Position numbers and translations under genes: made by a program. This document shows positions 1-10,629 of a stretch of 64,000 nt of DNA, piece by piece. The notes beneath the pieces are model-generated. The model was not told the DNA's origin. It did not search any database and saw only the letters and a program-made list of their open reading frames with translations. The DNA lies in NCBI GenBank assembly GCA_043814965.1, contig JBDRJN010000017.1, positions 6,038-70,037 on the forward strand, read 5' to 3'. The stretch comes from Candidatus Omnitrophota bacterium (GTDB taxonomy: Bacteria > Omnitrophota > Gorgyraeia > Gorgyraeales > Gorgyraeaceae). Every line of letters starts with the position of its first letter. Positions within the stretch are counted from its first letter, which is position 1.

Positions 1-10
1 CCAGGCAGTT

Positions 11-256
11 TTGAGGTTATTTGGATACGAAGGAAAAATAGAGATAGTAAGGCAGCGCTACTTAAGCCACGCTATATGCGTATTTGAAAAGGACGGAGAG
101 ATAATGTGGTTTGACAATAAGGCCCTTAAAAAGGCCAACCTTACATCCCAGAGAGATCTCAATCAGTATCTGGCCAGATCATACGGCTGGAAATACCTCT
201 ATGATATAGAATCCCATCCAAAGTATTCTAACATCCTATCAAGCAGTAATAATTGA
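11..256 (+). CDS. hypothetical small protein
   Basis: 81-aa ORF at the window edge with no recognisable motif. Confidence 0.3.
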   Translation: MRLFGYEGKIEIVRQRYLSHAICVFEKDGEIMWFDNKALKKANLTSQRDLNQYLARSYGWKYLYDIESHPKYSNILSSSNN

Positions 257-448
257 ATTAATAGTTATAATTACATTGTGGATAATCGCCTTGCTATGGT
301 TACCTCTCCTATCCTAAACATGCAAGCCCATAATTTGACTTGCTATAGCTTATAGATAGGATTAATATATTATATAGACTTTGCAATAAAGATATCCTGT
401 GGCATACTCTCTTGGCAGGATCTAGGAGTTAAACCAGATAAAGATGAT

Positions 449-1702
449 ATGACAGACAAACCAGCCTTTGATAACCAACAAATAATCTCAAAAATAATCG
501 ATCTATCAGGTTCTATAATAGTCCAGCTGGATAGTAAAGGCAGGGTCGTATTTATAAATAAAACAGGCCTTTTTATCCTTAGTTATGCTAAAGAAGAGGT
601 AATAGGAAAGGATTGGTTCAGTAATTTTCTGCCAAAAGGAGCCAGGAAAGACGTAGAAGATGTCTTTAAAAAGATGATAGAAGGAAAAGCAGAGGCAGTC
701 GAGTATTATGAAAACCCCATACTGACAAAAGAAGGAAAAGAGAAAGTAATATTATGGCACAACGCAGTACTTAACGATGAATTTGGCAATATCATAGGTA
801 CGCTAGGGTCAGGAAGTGATATTACAGAATATAAAAGTGCTATAGAAAAACTGGAAGAGACGCAGGACCTATTTGATACTATCACAGAGAACACGCTTGA
901 CTTAATAGCTGTAGTAAAGTTTGATATAAGGGCGCCATTTTTATTTGCAAGCAAATCCTATGAGACAGTGCTAGGCTATAAAAAAGAAGAACTTTTAGGG
1001 ACAAGTTCGCTTGATCGTATCCGGCCAGAGGACAGAAGAAGGCTTATCCCGCTATTAAAGAGTTATGTTATTAAAAGAGCCAAAGGCCTATTGACAGGGC
1101 ATAAGACCGAACGCATGTACGAGGTATTCGAATACTCTGCGATGAGTAAAGACGGCAGATTATATTATTTTGAATGTACTGCGAACATCAAAGAAGACAA
1201 ACTCATCTTTATATCAAAAGATATAACAGACCGTAAAAAGATAGAAAAAGAAATAGTAGAGATGTCAAAATTTCCCATGGAAAACCCTACCCCGGTATTA
1301 AGGTTAGATATCAATGGGAAGGTCCTTTATAAAAATCAAGCAGTAGCTTTACTATTGAAAGAAAGGGGAATATCCGAAGATGATACAGCTAGTATCCTGC
1401 CAGCAGGTATTATTGATCTTATCGAAAAGACGATTAAAGAAAATAAAACCATTCAGGATATAGAAGTGGTATTAAAAGAAAAGGTATTTTCCTATACAGT
1501 AGTTCCTGTAATTGATGGTCAGTATGTGAACCTATATGCCAGTGATATCACTGCTAGAAAGACTATAGAAGAAGACTTAAAGTCAAAGATGAGAGAACTG
1601 GAAAGATTTCACGATCTCGCAGTCGGTAGAGAGCTAAAGATGATAGAGCTTAAAAAGAAGATAGCCGCGCTCGAAGAAAGACTAGAAGAAACTGGGATAT
1701 AG
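449..1702 (+). CDS. PAS-domain sensor protein (multiple PAS/PAC folds, C-terminal coiled coil, no kinase domain)
   Basis: Repeated PAS-like blocks (..DITDRKK.., ..SDITARKT..) and a coiled-coil tail, lying immediately upstream of a histidine kinase. Confidence 0.6.
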   Translation: MTDKPAFDNQQIISKIIDLSGSIIVQLDSKGRVVFINKTGLFILSYAKEEVIGKDWFSNFLPKGARKDVEDVFKKMIEGKAEAVEYYENPILTKEGKEKVILWHNAVLNDEFGNIIGTLGSGSDITEYKSAIEKLEETQDLFDTITENTLDLIAVVKFDIRAPFLFASKSYETVLGYKKEELLGTSSLDRIRPEDRRRLIPLLKSYVIKRAKGLLTGHKTERMYEVFEYSAMSKDGRLYYFECTANIKEDKLIFISKDITDRKKIEKEIVEMSKFPMENPTPVLRLDINGKVLYKNQAVALLLKERGISEDDTASILPAGIIDLIEKTIKENKTIQDIEVVLKEKVFSYTVVPVIDGQYVNLYASDITARKTIEEDLKSKMRELERFHDLAVGRELKMIELKKKIAALEERLEETGI

Positions 1703-1719
1703 GACTCAAGGGGGCAAAG

Positions 1720-2697
1720 ATGAAGTTTAGGCCTAAGTTATCGAGTCTAATACCGTATCTCTTGGTAATTTTTATAGGTATAGGAAGCGTGGTCCTGGGA
1801 GGCTTTTTTAATATTGCAATATTTGATCCTTTATTAGTAGCTTTGATCTTAGGCATGACCTTAAGGTCTTTTATAGGATTTGATAAAGGGTATCTATCTA
1901 TATTTAAACGTACTCAATCTATTTTTATACCAATAGGTGTTATTTTTTATGGTGCTGTAAATTTGAATTTTTTGACTGTTACGAAGATCGACCTTAATTT
2001 TGTATTTATACTATTCATTGTTTTTTTAACATACATCATATCAATATTTATCCTGTCAAATATCTTTCGTGTTGGAGAAAAGACGATGTATTTGATAGGG
2101 GCAGGGTCTACTATATGCGGCGCGTCCGCGATAGCAATAACATCAAAAGCAGTAGATGCTGAACCAGACGAAATATCTATAAGCCTAGTAGCGGTATTTA
2201 TAGTGACACTAATAGGGATTTTTGTAGTATTTCCTATAGTAAAGAATCTTATGAGCCTGTCATCACTGGAATATTCTGTCCTGTCAGGGTCAGTACTTCA
2301 GTTTACGGGCGCAGTAAAGGCGGCTCTAAAAGATATGCCTTCAAAGATCATGGATATCGGTCTTTCAATAAAAGCTGTCAGGTATCTTGGGCTTTTATTG
2401 ATAGTGCCGTTATTTGCAAGTTTTGTAAAAGGTAGGTTATATATACCATGGTTTTTGTGGGTATTTTTTATATCAGGGCTTCTCTGTACTTTTTGTCCGG
2501 GCATGACCGGGAACTACAGGGTATTTTTAAAGACCAGCCTGAATATAACATGGAGTATCGCGATGGCATCTATCGGCCTGGCAGTAAATTTAAAGGACTT
2601 GATATCAAAAAATGGCATTAAGGCTTTATTGGTAAGCATGGCTTCATTTTTAATAGCAACAGGCGTATTTTTAACTAGCCTGGTATTTATGAGATAA
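1720..2697 (+). CDS. polytopic membrane protein, UPF0324/YeiH-like (putative sulfate exporter family)
   Basis: Ten or more hydrophobic segments; its start overlaps the PAS gene region. Confidence 0.4.
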   Translation: MKFRPKLSSLIPYLLVIFIGIGSVVLGGFFNIAIFDPLLVALILGMTLRSFIGFDKGYLSIFKRTQSIFIPIGVIFYGAVNLNFLTVTKIDLNFVFILFIVFLTYIISIFILSNIFRVGEKTMYLIGAGSTICGASAIAITSKAVDAEPDEISISLVAVFIVTLIGIFVVFPIVKNLMSLSSLEYSVLSGSVLQFTGAVKAALKDMPSKIMDIGLSIKAVRYLGLLLIVPLFASFVKGRLYIPWFLWVFFISGLLCTFCPGMTGNYRVFLKTSLNITWSIAMASIGLAVNLKDLISKNGIKALLVSMASFLIATGVFLTSLVFMR

Positions 2698-2699
2698 CA

Positions 2700-4826
2700 A
2701 TGAGAATAGTCGCAAAACTGACAATAGCTTTTTTAGGAGTAGCGTTCCTGGTATTTATAATAGGATATATCTCTACTGCTATGGTCCAAAAGGCCTTAAA
2801 AAGTAATATCGGAGAGACATCTATCATAATCTCATCAGAGGCCCTGGATAAGGTAGATCAAGCTATTTATAGAATGGCACAGCTTACAAAGCTCTATGCC
2901 CATAGCCTTACGCATTATCGTGTATTCAGTGGATCAAATAAAGAATTTGAAAGCATGGAGAATATTCAGGCTTATATAGAAAAAGTAGAAAAAGAATGGG
3001 CTAAACCTGGAAGTGATGGCAAGGCTAGTGTTATGGAAGAGATCTTAAGCAATAGATTGTCACAGCACTTAAGGCGTGATATATGGTTTGAAGGAGATAC
3101 GTATCATAATGAAGGAGAGTATACTTTTTTATCAGTAGAGGAGGCTTTTGTAACAAATAAATACGGGGTCAATATAGCGCAGACTAGCCCAACAAGCGAT
3201 TATTATCAGGGTGATGAAGAGTGGTGGAAGGTCAGTAAAGAAAAAGACATCTATATAGGAGATATAAAATACGATGAAAGTTCAGGCACTTATTCTATTG
3301 AGATGTGCTCCAGCATACATGATAGTGACGGAAGTTTTGCAGGAGTTATAAAAATAGTCATAAATATCAATGAGATAGCCAGCATGCTGGGTGAGATGAA
3401 AAAAAGAATAGAACACTACTCAAAAAAACTTAGTAATTTAATGGAATATGATTTTAAGTTAGTTAATAATGATGGCAAGGTGTTCTCCAGTACTGAGGAT
3501 GCGGGTTTTGTGATGTTTGAGGAACTGGACAAGGAGATCTGGCAGGCTATAAGATCAGAAAATCCCGGCTATTTAATATCAGAGGGAGATAAAGAAGGAG
3601 AGGGGGAAAGGCTGTATGCCTTTTCTAAACAAGATGGATATAGAGATTTTAAAGGATTTGGCTGGTATTTGATCGTAGAAATAGAAAAAGACCAGCTATT
3701 CTCATCAGTCAAAGACCTTATAATATCTCTATTGCTGCTTTCTCTTATTATATCTATAATAGCCATAGCTATAGGCTTTTATATTTCTAAGACCATAGTT
3801 GATCCTATAAATAGACTGAAAGATACAGCCAAAAAGATATCATCGGGTGATTTTGATGCAAACATAGATATTAAGTCTCAAGACGAGATAGGTGAACTAG
3901 GAGCGTCTTTTAAGGAAATGGCGAGTTCTTTAAAAGAAAAACAAGTCATACAGGATAAATGGTCCGAGGAATTGGAAGGTAAGATCGAAGACAGAACCAG
4001 TGAGTTAGTTAAATCCCAGGCTGCTACGCTTAATATGATGGAAGACCTTCAAGAGGCATATATCGAGCTTAAAAAAACCCAGAGTTACCTTGTGCAGGCT
4101 GAGAAGATGGAAGGCATAGGCAGGATGGCAAGCGGTGTGGCGCATGAAGTGAAAAATCCATTAGGTATAGTATTGCAAGGGGTCAATTTCCTTGAAAGAA
4201 AGATCCCAGAATCCCAGCAAGAGCTTTATAAGGTCTTGCTGCTCATAAAGGATAATATAAAGCGGGCGGATAATATAGTAAACAGCCTTGTCGATTTTTC
4301 AAAAGCTACAAAATTAGAGCTGGGAAAAGAAGATATCAATTCTTTGTTAGAAGAGATATTGTCTTTAGTAAAGCATAGGGTAGATATTTCCAGGACCGAG
4401 ATCATAAAAGAGTTTTCAAGGGACTTGCCAAAAGTTCTGGTAGATAAAGGAAAGATGGAACAGGTCTATATGAATCTCATCATAAATGCTATACAGGCAA
4501 TGCCGCATGGGGGAAGGCTGTCTCTTAGGACTTATATCAGCATATTAAATAAGATAGGCAATGGCGCGGGTAAGCGTTCGCAGGATAATTTCCAGATCAA
4601 TGAAAAAGTAGTCATAACAGAGATAGAAGATACAGGTTGCGGTATACCAGAGGAAAACATAAAGAAGGTCTTCGAACCATTTTTTACTACAAAAGACCCT
4701 CAATCTGGTACTGGCTTGGGCCTGGCTGTCACAAAAAATATAATAGACCTGCATAAGTCGTATATAAATATTGAAAGCGAGTTCGGTAAAGGTACAAAGT
4801 TCACCATATATCTAAAGATAGTTTAA
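2700..4826 (+). CDS. sensor histidine kinase (periplasmic sensor, TM, HAMP, HisKA, HATPase_c)
   Basis: H-box HEVKNPLGIV; G-boxes DTGCGIP and GTGLGLAV; N-terminal TM plus extracytoplasmic domain and a HAMP-like linker. Confidence 0.85.
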   Translation: MRIVAKLTIAFLGVAFLVFIIGYISTAMVQKALKSNIGETSIIISSEALDKVDQAIYRMAQLTKLYAHSLTHYRVFSGSNKEFESMENIQAYIEKVEKEWAKPGSDGKASVMEEILSNRLSQHLRRDIWFEGDTYHNEGEYTFLSVEEAFVTNKYGVNIAQTSPTSDYYQGDEEWWKVSKEKDIYIGDIKYDESSGTYSIEMCSSIHDSDGSFAGVIKIVININEIASMLGEMKKRIEHYSKKLSNLMEYDFKLVNNDGKVFSSTEDAGFVMFEELDKEIWQAIRSENPGYLISEGDKEGEGERLYAFSKQDGYRDFKGFGWYLIVEIEKDQLFSSVKDLIISLLLLSLIISIIAIAIGFYISKTIVDPINRLKDTAKKISSGDFDANIDIKSQDEIGELGASFKEMASSLKEKQVIQDKWSEELEGKIEDRTSELVKSQAATLNMMEDLQEAYIELKKTQSYLVQAEKMEGIGRMASGVAHEVKNPLGIVLQGVNFLERKIPESQQELYKVLLLIKDNIKRADNIVNSLVDFSKATKLELGKEDINSLLEEILSLVKHRVDISRTEIIKEFSRDLPKVLVDKGKMEQVYMNLIINAIQAMPHGGRLSLRTYISILNKIGNGAGKRSQDNFQINEKVVITEIEDTGCGIPEENIKKVFEPFFTTKDPQSGTGLGLAVTKNIIDLHKSYINIESEFGKGTKFTIYLKIV

Positions 4827-4833
4827 AAAAGGA

Positions 4834-5214
4834 GTGTTTATGAAAAAGAAGGTCCTGGTCATCGACGATGAAAAAGATTTTCTTACTATAGTAAAGATGA
4901 ACCTTGAAGATGTGGGTGAATTCGAGGTCTTGACCTCCTCCACGGCTAATAATATAATAGAGGACATGCATAATTTTAAACCAGATCTTATCTTATTGGA
5001 TCTTATGATGCCAGGTATCGGGGGATTATCAGCGTGCGAGATGCTCAATAAAGACACTATAGGCCAGAAAGTGCCTATCATCATACTCTCGGCATTATCC
5101 AAGGATAGGGACAGGCTGGAGGCATATAAACGAGGGGTAGTGGATTATCTGACAAAGCCTATAGACAAAGAGGAGCTTTTAAAAAAAATAAAAAAAGCTT
5201 TAGAATATAAATAA
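4834..5214 (+). CDS. single-domain response regulator (CheY-like receiver)
   Basis: VLVIDDE..., phospho-acceptor LLDLMMPG, and a conserved Lys near TKP. Confidence 0.85.
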   Translation: MFMKKKVLVIDDEKDFLTIVKMNLEDVGEFEVLTSSTANNIIEDMHNFKPDLILLDLMMPGIGGLSACEMLNKDTIGQKVPIIILSALSKDRDRLEAYKRGVVDYLTKPIDKEELLKKIKKALEYK

Positions 5215-5253
5215 AGTATTTGTATTTACTATAGTGACATTATCGAGGAGTTT

Positions 5254-5700
5254 ATGAAAAAAGCCTATATTGTTTTATGTTGTTTATTGATTGTACAGTT
5301 TTTTAAAGTAAGCGTATCTTTCTCTGACCAGCTTGCTATGACCAGAGATGGAAAAGAGGTCATATTAAAGGACAACAAGACCTGGGAATACCTTGAGGGC
5401 GGCAGAGAACAATTGAGCGTTACAAAAGTAGATATGGATGTAAAGAGATCCATGAAGCCTTATATAGAAAGAAAGGATGATATATTCACCAGGTTATTCA
5501 ATATTGATATTGATTGGGATACTGAGAATCTTGACATAAAATATAGAAGCGTTATGGAAGGCCTGTATTATACCGCGAAAAGATTTTCGAGGGATGATTT
5601 TTTCAGTAGATTAGTAAAGGCCTTTGGCGCTAAAGATAGCGAGAAGATCATGTGGCTGATGGAACGTTGGGATATATGGAGAAGAGTTGTAAGCAAATAA
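5254..5700 (+). CDS. hypothetical secreted protein
   Basis: N-terminal signal-peptide-like hydrophobic segment; no other motif. Confidence 0.35.
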   Translation: MKKAYIVLCCLLIVQFFKVSVSFSDQLAMTRDGKEVILKDNKTWEYLEGGREQLSVTKVDMDVKRSMKPYIERKDDIFTRLFNIDIDWDTENLDIKYRSVMEGLYYTAKRFSRDDFFSRLVKAFGAKDSEKIMWLMERWDIWRRVVSK

Positions 5701-5762
5701 ACCTGGCCAGGGCATTATTGTTTAACCCGCCTTACTTTAGTAAACCTAGAAAGATCTTTTAG

Positions 5763-6776
5763 ATGCGTCGAAAGTTAAAGGTACTTTTACTATTTGATAG
5801 CCCGTATGAGACTCCGAGGGGATATGATTTCAAGGAAGAGTTCAAGCATCCTGATTGGAAGACAGAGATGGATGTCTATAAAGCGCTTTTGGATAATGGA
5901 TACGATGTCGTGCTTTTAGGCATATCGGGAAATATACTTTTATTGTTGGAGGAGACAAAAGAATCGAAGCCCGATATAGTCTTTAACATGGCAGAGGTCT
6001 TTAAAGATAAAAGCCGCCTTGAAAAGAACATCGCATGGTTTTTGGAGATGCTGGAAGTGCCTTACACAGGGGCATCCCCTAGTAATTTTTTAGTATGCAG
6101 TAATAAGGCATTGAGCAAAAAGATCCTTAGCTACCACAAGATAAAGATACCTCATTTTTATACATTTTACAGGGAGCATAAGGTCTGGCTTCCCAAGAAG
6201 CTCAAGACGCCGCTTATAGTAAAGCCGCTTGATGAAGAGGCTTCTCGCGGGATATCACAGGCATCGATAGTCGATACTGAAGATGCCCTGGTCGAAAGAG
6301 TAAGGTTTATCCATGAGAAGATGTCATCGGATGCTATAGTAGAAGAATATATCGACGGAAGAGAGCTCTATGTAAGTTTGATCGGAAGAAAGAGGATAAG
6401 TGTATTCCCGCCTATTGAGATGAAATTCGGGGATATGCCGGATGATGAACCGAAGATAGCTACTTACAGGGCAAAATGGGACAAGGAATATAGGAGAAAA
6501 TGGGGCATAAGAAATGAATTTACTGGAAGGCTGAGTGATAGTATGATAGATGAGGTCAGTGATGTATGTAAAAGGGCTTACAAGGCATTGGATATAGAGT
6601 GCTATGCGCGTTTTGATGTAAGGGTCGACCCATCAAATCAGGTCTATGTGCTTGAAGCAAATGCTAATCCGTGCATTGCAAAAGATGAGGATTTTGGGCA
6701 ATCCGCTGAAAAGGGAGGGCTGTCCTATCCCAGGCTTATAAACAAGATAATCAGACTCGGGTTCGGGAGAAAGTAA
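5763..6776 (+). CDS. ATP-grasp family protein (D-Ala-D-Ala ligase-like)
   Basis: Ddl-like N-terminal and ATP-grasp central/C-terminal pattern (..ELYVSLIG.., ..VLEANANPC..). Confidence 0.55.
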   Translation: MRRKLKVLLLFDSPYETPRGYDFKEEFKHPDWKTEMDVYKALLDNGYDVVLLGISGNILLLLEETKESKPDIVFNMAEVFKDKSRLEKNIAWFLEMLEVPYTGASPSNFLVCSNKALSKKILSYHKIKIPHFYTFYREHKVWLPKKLKTPLIVKPLDEEASRGISQASIVDTEDALVERVRFIHEKMSSDAIVEEYIDGRELYVSLIGRKRISVFPPIEMKFGDMPDDEPKIATYRAKWDKEYRRKWGIRNEFTGRLSDSMIDEVSDVCKRAYKALDIECYARFDVRVDPSNQVYVLEANANPCIAKDEDFGQSAEKGGLSYPRLINKIIRLGFGRK

Positions 6777-6792
6777 TCAAAAAGGAGAGCTT

Positions 6793-7518
6793 ATGAATCT
6801 ATTATTATTTCTTACAATAATCATAGTCTCATTCATAGTGGTCAGGATAGGGGCAATAGCGTTTGAATTGACAGGCCTTGAATGGTCTTTGGCCAAGTTT
6901 CAGGCTCTATCGTGTTTTACAGGGACAGGTTTTACTACAAAAGAATCAGAGCTGGTAACTGGCAACCCTCAGCGCAGGCGTATTGCATCAGTCTTGATAG
7001 TCTTAGGACACGCGGGATTAGTAACGCTTATAGCTACTTTTGCTAATTCCTTAAGGCCGGATGCTATTCTTCCACGGGTAAGGATAAGCTTTTTAGATGG
7101 GTTTCTTCCAAATTTTCTTGCGCCTCTTGCGAATCTATTGATATTTCTAAGCGTTTTGTTTCTAGTATATAGATTATTTTCAAATACTAAAGCCGCGGCT
7201 AAGCTAACCGATATCTTAAGAAGAAGGATCGTAAAAAAGGGTATAATAAAACGTGTTACTTTTGAGGAACTGGTAGTGGCAACAGGCGGGTATGGAGTGT
7301 CTAAAGTAGAGATAAGCGAGGCCAGCCCTGTATTAAATAAGACCCTTATTGATTCAGGATTAAGGCAGCACGATGTATCAGTACTTGTCGTAGATAGAGG
7401 AGGGATCACTATGTCCAATCCGCCAGCAGATACAAAGATACTCCTTGGGGATAAATTGATCTGTTTTGGAAAACTAGGAGAGATGAGAGAGAAATTATGG
7501 ACAGAGGCAGAGCAATAG
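6793..7518 (+). CDS. ion-channel-like membrane protein with C-terminal TrkA-C (RCK_C) domain
   Basis: Two TM helices around a pore-loop-like FTGTGFTT; C-terminal RCK_C-like beta-rich domain. Confidence 0.45.
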   Translation: MNLLLFLTIIIVSFIVVRIGAIAFELTGLEWSLAKFQALSCFTGTGFTTKESELVTGNPQRRRIASVLIVLGHAGLVTLIATFANSLRPDAILPRVRISFLDGFLPNFLAPLANLLIFLSVLFLVYRLFSNTKAAAKLTDILRRRIVKKGIIKRVTFEELVVATGGYGVSKVEISEASPVLNKTLIDSGLRQHDVSVLVVDRGGITMSNPPADTKILLGDKLICFGKLGEMREKLWTEAEQ

Positions 7519-7706
7519 AGGAAATAACCTGCCCAAATTGTAAAAATAAGACAGCTGACAAAGAGGCTATCAGGTGTTTATTCTGCGGAGAGAGCCTGGG
7601 TAGAAGCATTGGCTTTATGGGGAAGATCAGATACTTCAGGCCAAAGATAATACTAGCAATAACAGCGCTATTCGTGATATTATGTTTTTTCTTATTGATG
7701 AAGTGA
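7497..7706 (+). CDS. zinc-ribbon plus single-TM small protein
   Basis: CPNC..CLFC zinc ribbon followed by a hydrophobic C-terminus. Confidence 0.35.
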   Translation: MDRGRAIEEITCPNCKNKTADKEAIRCLFCGESLGRSIGFMGKIRYFRPKIILAITALFVILCFFLLMK

Positions 7707-7719
7707 ATGGAGGAGAGCT

Positions 7720-8454
7720 TTGAAGGATTCAATGTATTTGTATGGCAAGAACTCGGTTTTTGAGAGATTAAAAGCAAATCCGAAGAGCATAAAAAAGGCC
7801 TATCTACAGGAAAACTTCAATAACCAGGATATAATAAGAGTTATATATAAGAGAAAAGTCCCTGTAGAGCGGCTGAACGAAAGAGGGCTTTTAAAGATAA
7901 AAAATGTTGACAGGCTCCAGGGGATAGTAGCAGAAGTCGATAGATTCGAATATGCTGATTTTGACAGCGTCTTAGATAATGCTTTGGATAAAAGATCTAG
8001 TTTGATATTCCTGGACAATATCAATGACCCTCATAATCTAGGCTCTATTATAAGGATAGCAGCTTGTTTTGGTAACTTCGCGATAATCATACCAACGCAT
8101 AGGTCCTGCGAGGTAACAGATGCTGTTATGCATGTTGCGTCAGGGGGAGAGAATTTCTTGCCTATAGCGATGGTCACAAATATCTCCAGCTCTTTAATAA
8201 AGGCCAAGAAAAAAGGATTCTGGATAGCCGGGGCAATGGCTGAAGGCGGAAGAGATATCACAGATATAGAATTGCCTCTTCCAGTATGCCTTGTCCTAGG
8301 TTCCGAGGGAAAAGGCATAAGGCATGGCATAGATAAACAGCTTGATATAAAACTCACTATCCCGATGAGAGGAGAAAAGCTTTCTTTTAATGTTTCCATG
8401 GCGTGCGCTATACTGTGCCATGAAATATCAAATAGAACCCTTAAAAATAGATAA
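7720..8454 (+). CDS. rlmB: 23S rRNA (guanosine-2'-O)-methyltransferase RlmB (SpoU/TrmH family)
   Basis: TrmH-family substrate-binding N-terminal domain and SPOUT knot motifs (LVLGSEGKGI). Confidence 0.75.
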   Translation: MKDSMYLYGKNSVFERLKANPKSIKKAYLQENFNNQDIIRVIYKRKVPVERLNERGLLKIKNVDRLQGIVAEVDRFEYADFDSVLDNALDKRSSLIFLDNINDPHNLGSIIRIAACFGNFAIIIPTHRSCEVTDAVMHVASGGENFLPIAMVTNISSSLIKAKKKGFWIAGAMAEGGRDITDIELPLPVCLVLGSEGKGIRHGIDKQLDIKLTIPMRGEKLSFNVSMACAILCHEISNRTLKNR

Positions 8455-9032
8455 TGGATAAAGGCCTTAGATTATTAGATCTTATAAGCGAAGCAGGGAT
8501 GCTCAAATATGTTAAAAGGTCCGGCTGGAGCGTATTAGGCATCAAGGATGGCGAGAGCGTGGCAGAGCATAGTTTTAGATGCAGTGTATTGGGTTATGTG
8601 ATAGCGGGCATGGAAGGGGTCTTTCCTTACAAAATAATGGTCATGACACTTTTTAATGATATACACGAAGCCCGCATAGGGGATCTGCATAAGATGTCAC
8701 AGCGCTATATTGATCCTGAGAGGATAGAAGACAAAGCCTTTTATGAACAGATACAAGGGCTTCCTAAAGCTATAAAGAGTGAATTGAAGGATATGCGCGA
8801 AGAATATAGGCAGCAGAAGTCAAGGGAGTCCATAATAGCAAGAGACGCTGATATCCTGGAATGTTTGATACAGGCAAGGGAATATTATATACATGGATTC
8901 AAAGAGGCAGTTAAATTTACTAAAAAGGCCCCTAGCTTTCTCAAGACAAAAAGCGCTAAGAAGCTTTGGTCTTTGGCAAAGAACAGCGACATAAATAGCT
9001 GGTGGGAAAAACTAAGTACTTTTAAAAGGTAG
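8454..9032 (+). CDS. HD-domain phosphohydrolase (YfbR-like 5'-deoxynucleotidase)
   Basis: H...HD...D motif (HSFR, NDIHEARIGDLHK). Confidence 0.65.
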   Translation: MDKGLRLLDLISEAGMLKYVKRSGWSVLGIKDGESVAEHSFRCSVLGYVIAGMEGVFPYKIMVMTLFNDIHEARIGDLHKMSQRYIDPERIEDKAFYEQIQGLPKAIKSELKDMREEYRQQKSRESIIARDADILECLIQAREYYIHGFKEAVKFTKKAPSFLKTKSAKKLWSLAKNSDINSWWEKLSTFKR

Positions 9033-9044
9033 CATGGAGGGACT

Positions 9045-9995
9045 ATGTACAGGGAAAAGATAAAGGTATTTGATTGCACAGTGAGGGATGGAGGGCTTAT
9101 CAATAAACATGATTTTGACCTGCGATTTGTAAGAGAGGTCTACAAGGCCCTCTCAGAAGCAAATGTAGATTACGTAGAGCTGGGTTACAAAAATTCCAAG
9201 GAACTTTTTTCGCCAAAAGAGTACGGGGCATGGAAATTCTGCGATGATGATGAAATAAAACGCGTTACCGAAGGCATAGGATCAAACACAAAGATATCGG
9301 TCATGGTAGATATAGGCAGGGTCAATGTCGACGATGTAAAACCAAAAAAAGAAAGCCCGGTTGATATGATAAGGGTCGCCTCATATGTCAAGGAGATAGA
9401 TAAGGCCATAGCAATGGTGAACCATTTTAATGAGAAAGGATACGAGACTACAATAAACATCATGGCGATCTCCAGGGACCAGGGTCCTGAGCTTGAAGAA
9501 GCGCTTCATCAGATAGAGGAAGAAAGCAAGGCTGGCGCCATCTATATAGTAGATAGTTTTGGCGCGCTATACCAGGAGTCAGTAGAGTATCTCGTGAAAC
9601 TCTTTAAAGGAATTTTAAAGACAAAAGAGATAGGTTTTCATGGGCATAACCATCAGCAGCTTGCGTTTAGCAATACTATCGAAGCTATCATACATGATGC
9701 AAATTACCTGGATGCTACAGTGTATGGCATAGGCAGGGCTGCGGGGAATTGTCCGCTGGAACTTCTCATAGGATTTTTGAAGAATCCCAAGTTCGATATC
9801 AGGCCCGTGCTTGACCTTATCTCCACAGAATTTATCCCGTTAAGGAACAAGATAGAGTGGGGCTATATTATCCCGTATGCTATCTCAGGCATGATGAACG
9901 AACATCCAAAAGCTGCAATGGCATTTCGTAATAGCGATAAAAGAGAAAACTATAGAGAATTCTATGAAAGCATAGTCAATGTAGGCCTGGACTGA
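9045..9995 (+). CDS. HMGL-like (DRE-TIM metallolyase) aldolase family protein
   Basis: N-terminal FDCTVRDGG motif typical of the pyruvate carboxyltransferase/HMGL-like family. Confidence 0.5.
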   Translation: MYREKIKVFDCTVRDGGLINKHDFDLRFVREVYKALSEANVDYVELGYKNSKELFSPKEYGAWKFCDDDEIKRVTEGIGSNTKISVMVDIGRVNVDDVKPKKESPVDMIRVASYVKEIDKAIAMVNHFNEKGYETTINIMAISRDQGPELEEALHQIEEESKAGAIYIVDSFGALYQESVEYLVKLFKGILKTKEIGFHGHNHQQLAFSNTIEAIIHDANYLDATVYGIGRAAGNCPLELLIGFLKNPKFDIRPVLDLISTEFIPLRNKIEWGYIIPYAISGMMNEHPKAAMAFRNSDKRENYREFYESIVNVGLD

Positions 9996-9996
9996 T

Positions 9997-10629
9997 ATGG
10001 ATGTAGCGAGTTTTAAAAAGCTCCCTATGATGGGGATACTAAGAGGTATAAAAGAGGATATTTTAGAGCCTCTTACAAGGGCAATAATCTCTTCAGGGTT
10101 AAGGACTATCGAAATAGCCATGAATACCGAAGACGCCCCTAAGCTCATAAAAAATATGAAGGGCCTTGCAAAAGGTTCTCTTATAGTAGGGGCTGGGACT
10201 GTCTTAACAAAGAAAGACCTAGAAGCTGCCTTAAAGAGCGGGGCAAGTTTTATAGTACTTCCGACACTAATAAAAGAAGTGGTAGAGGAATGTGTAAGAG
10301 AAAATATACCTGTATTTCCTGGCGCGCTCACTCCAAAAGAGATAAAGGATGCCTGGGACTCTGGCGCTGCCATGGTAAAGGTCTTTCCAGCCAAGTTCTT
10401 CGGGCCGGGATATTTTAAGGAGATCAAAGGGCCTTTTAATGATATCGAGCTTTTAGCATGCGGAGGTGTAACCCCGGAAAATATAAAAGAATTTTTTAAG
10501 AACGGCGCTTCTGCAATAGCATTTGGAGGAAGTATATTCAAAAAAGAGTTTTTAAATAAAGATAATATTCATATTATAGAGGAGAATATAAGAATGTTTA
10601 TCGCTAACTATGGAAGACTGAATACATGA
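9997..10629 (+). CDS. eda: KDPG/KHG aldolase
   Basis: Eda-family pattern with Schiff-base Lys in VKVFPA and a GAGTV loop. Confidence 0.75.
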   Translation: MDVASFKKLPMMGILRGIKEDILEPLTRAIISSGLRTIEIAMNTEDAPKLIKNMKGLAKGSLIVGAGTVLTKKDLEAALKSGASFIVLPTLIKEVVEECVRENIPVFPGALTPKEIKDAWDSGAAMVKVFPAKFFGPGYFKEIKGPFNDIELLACGGVTPENIKEFFKNGASAIAFGGSIFKKEFLNKDNIHIIEENIRMFIANYGRLNT

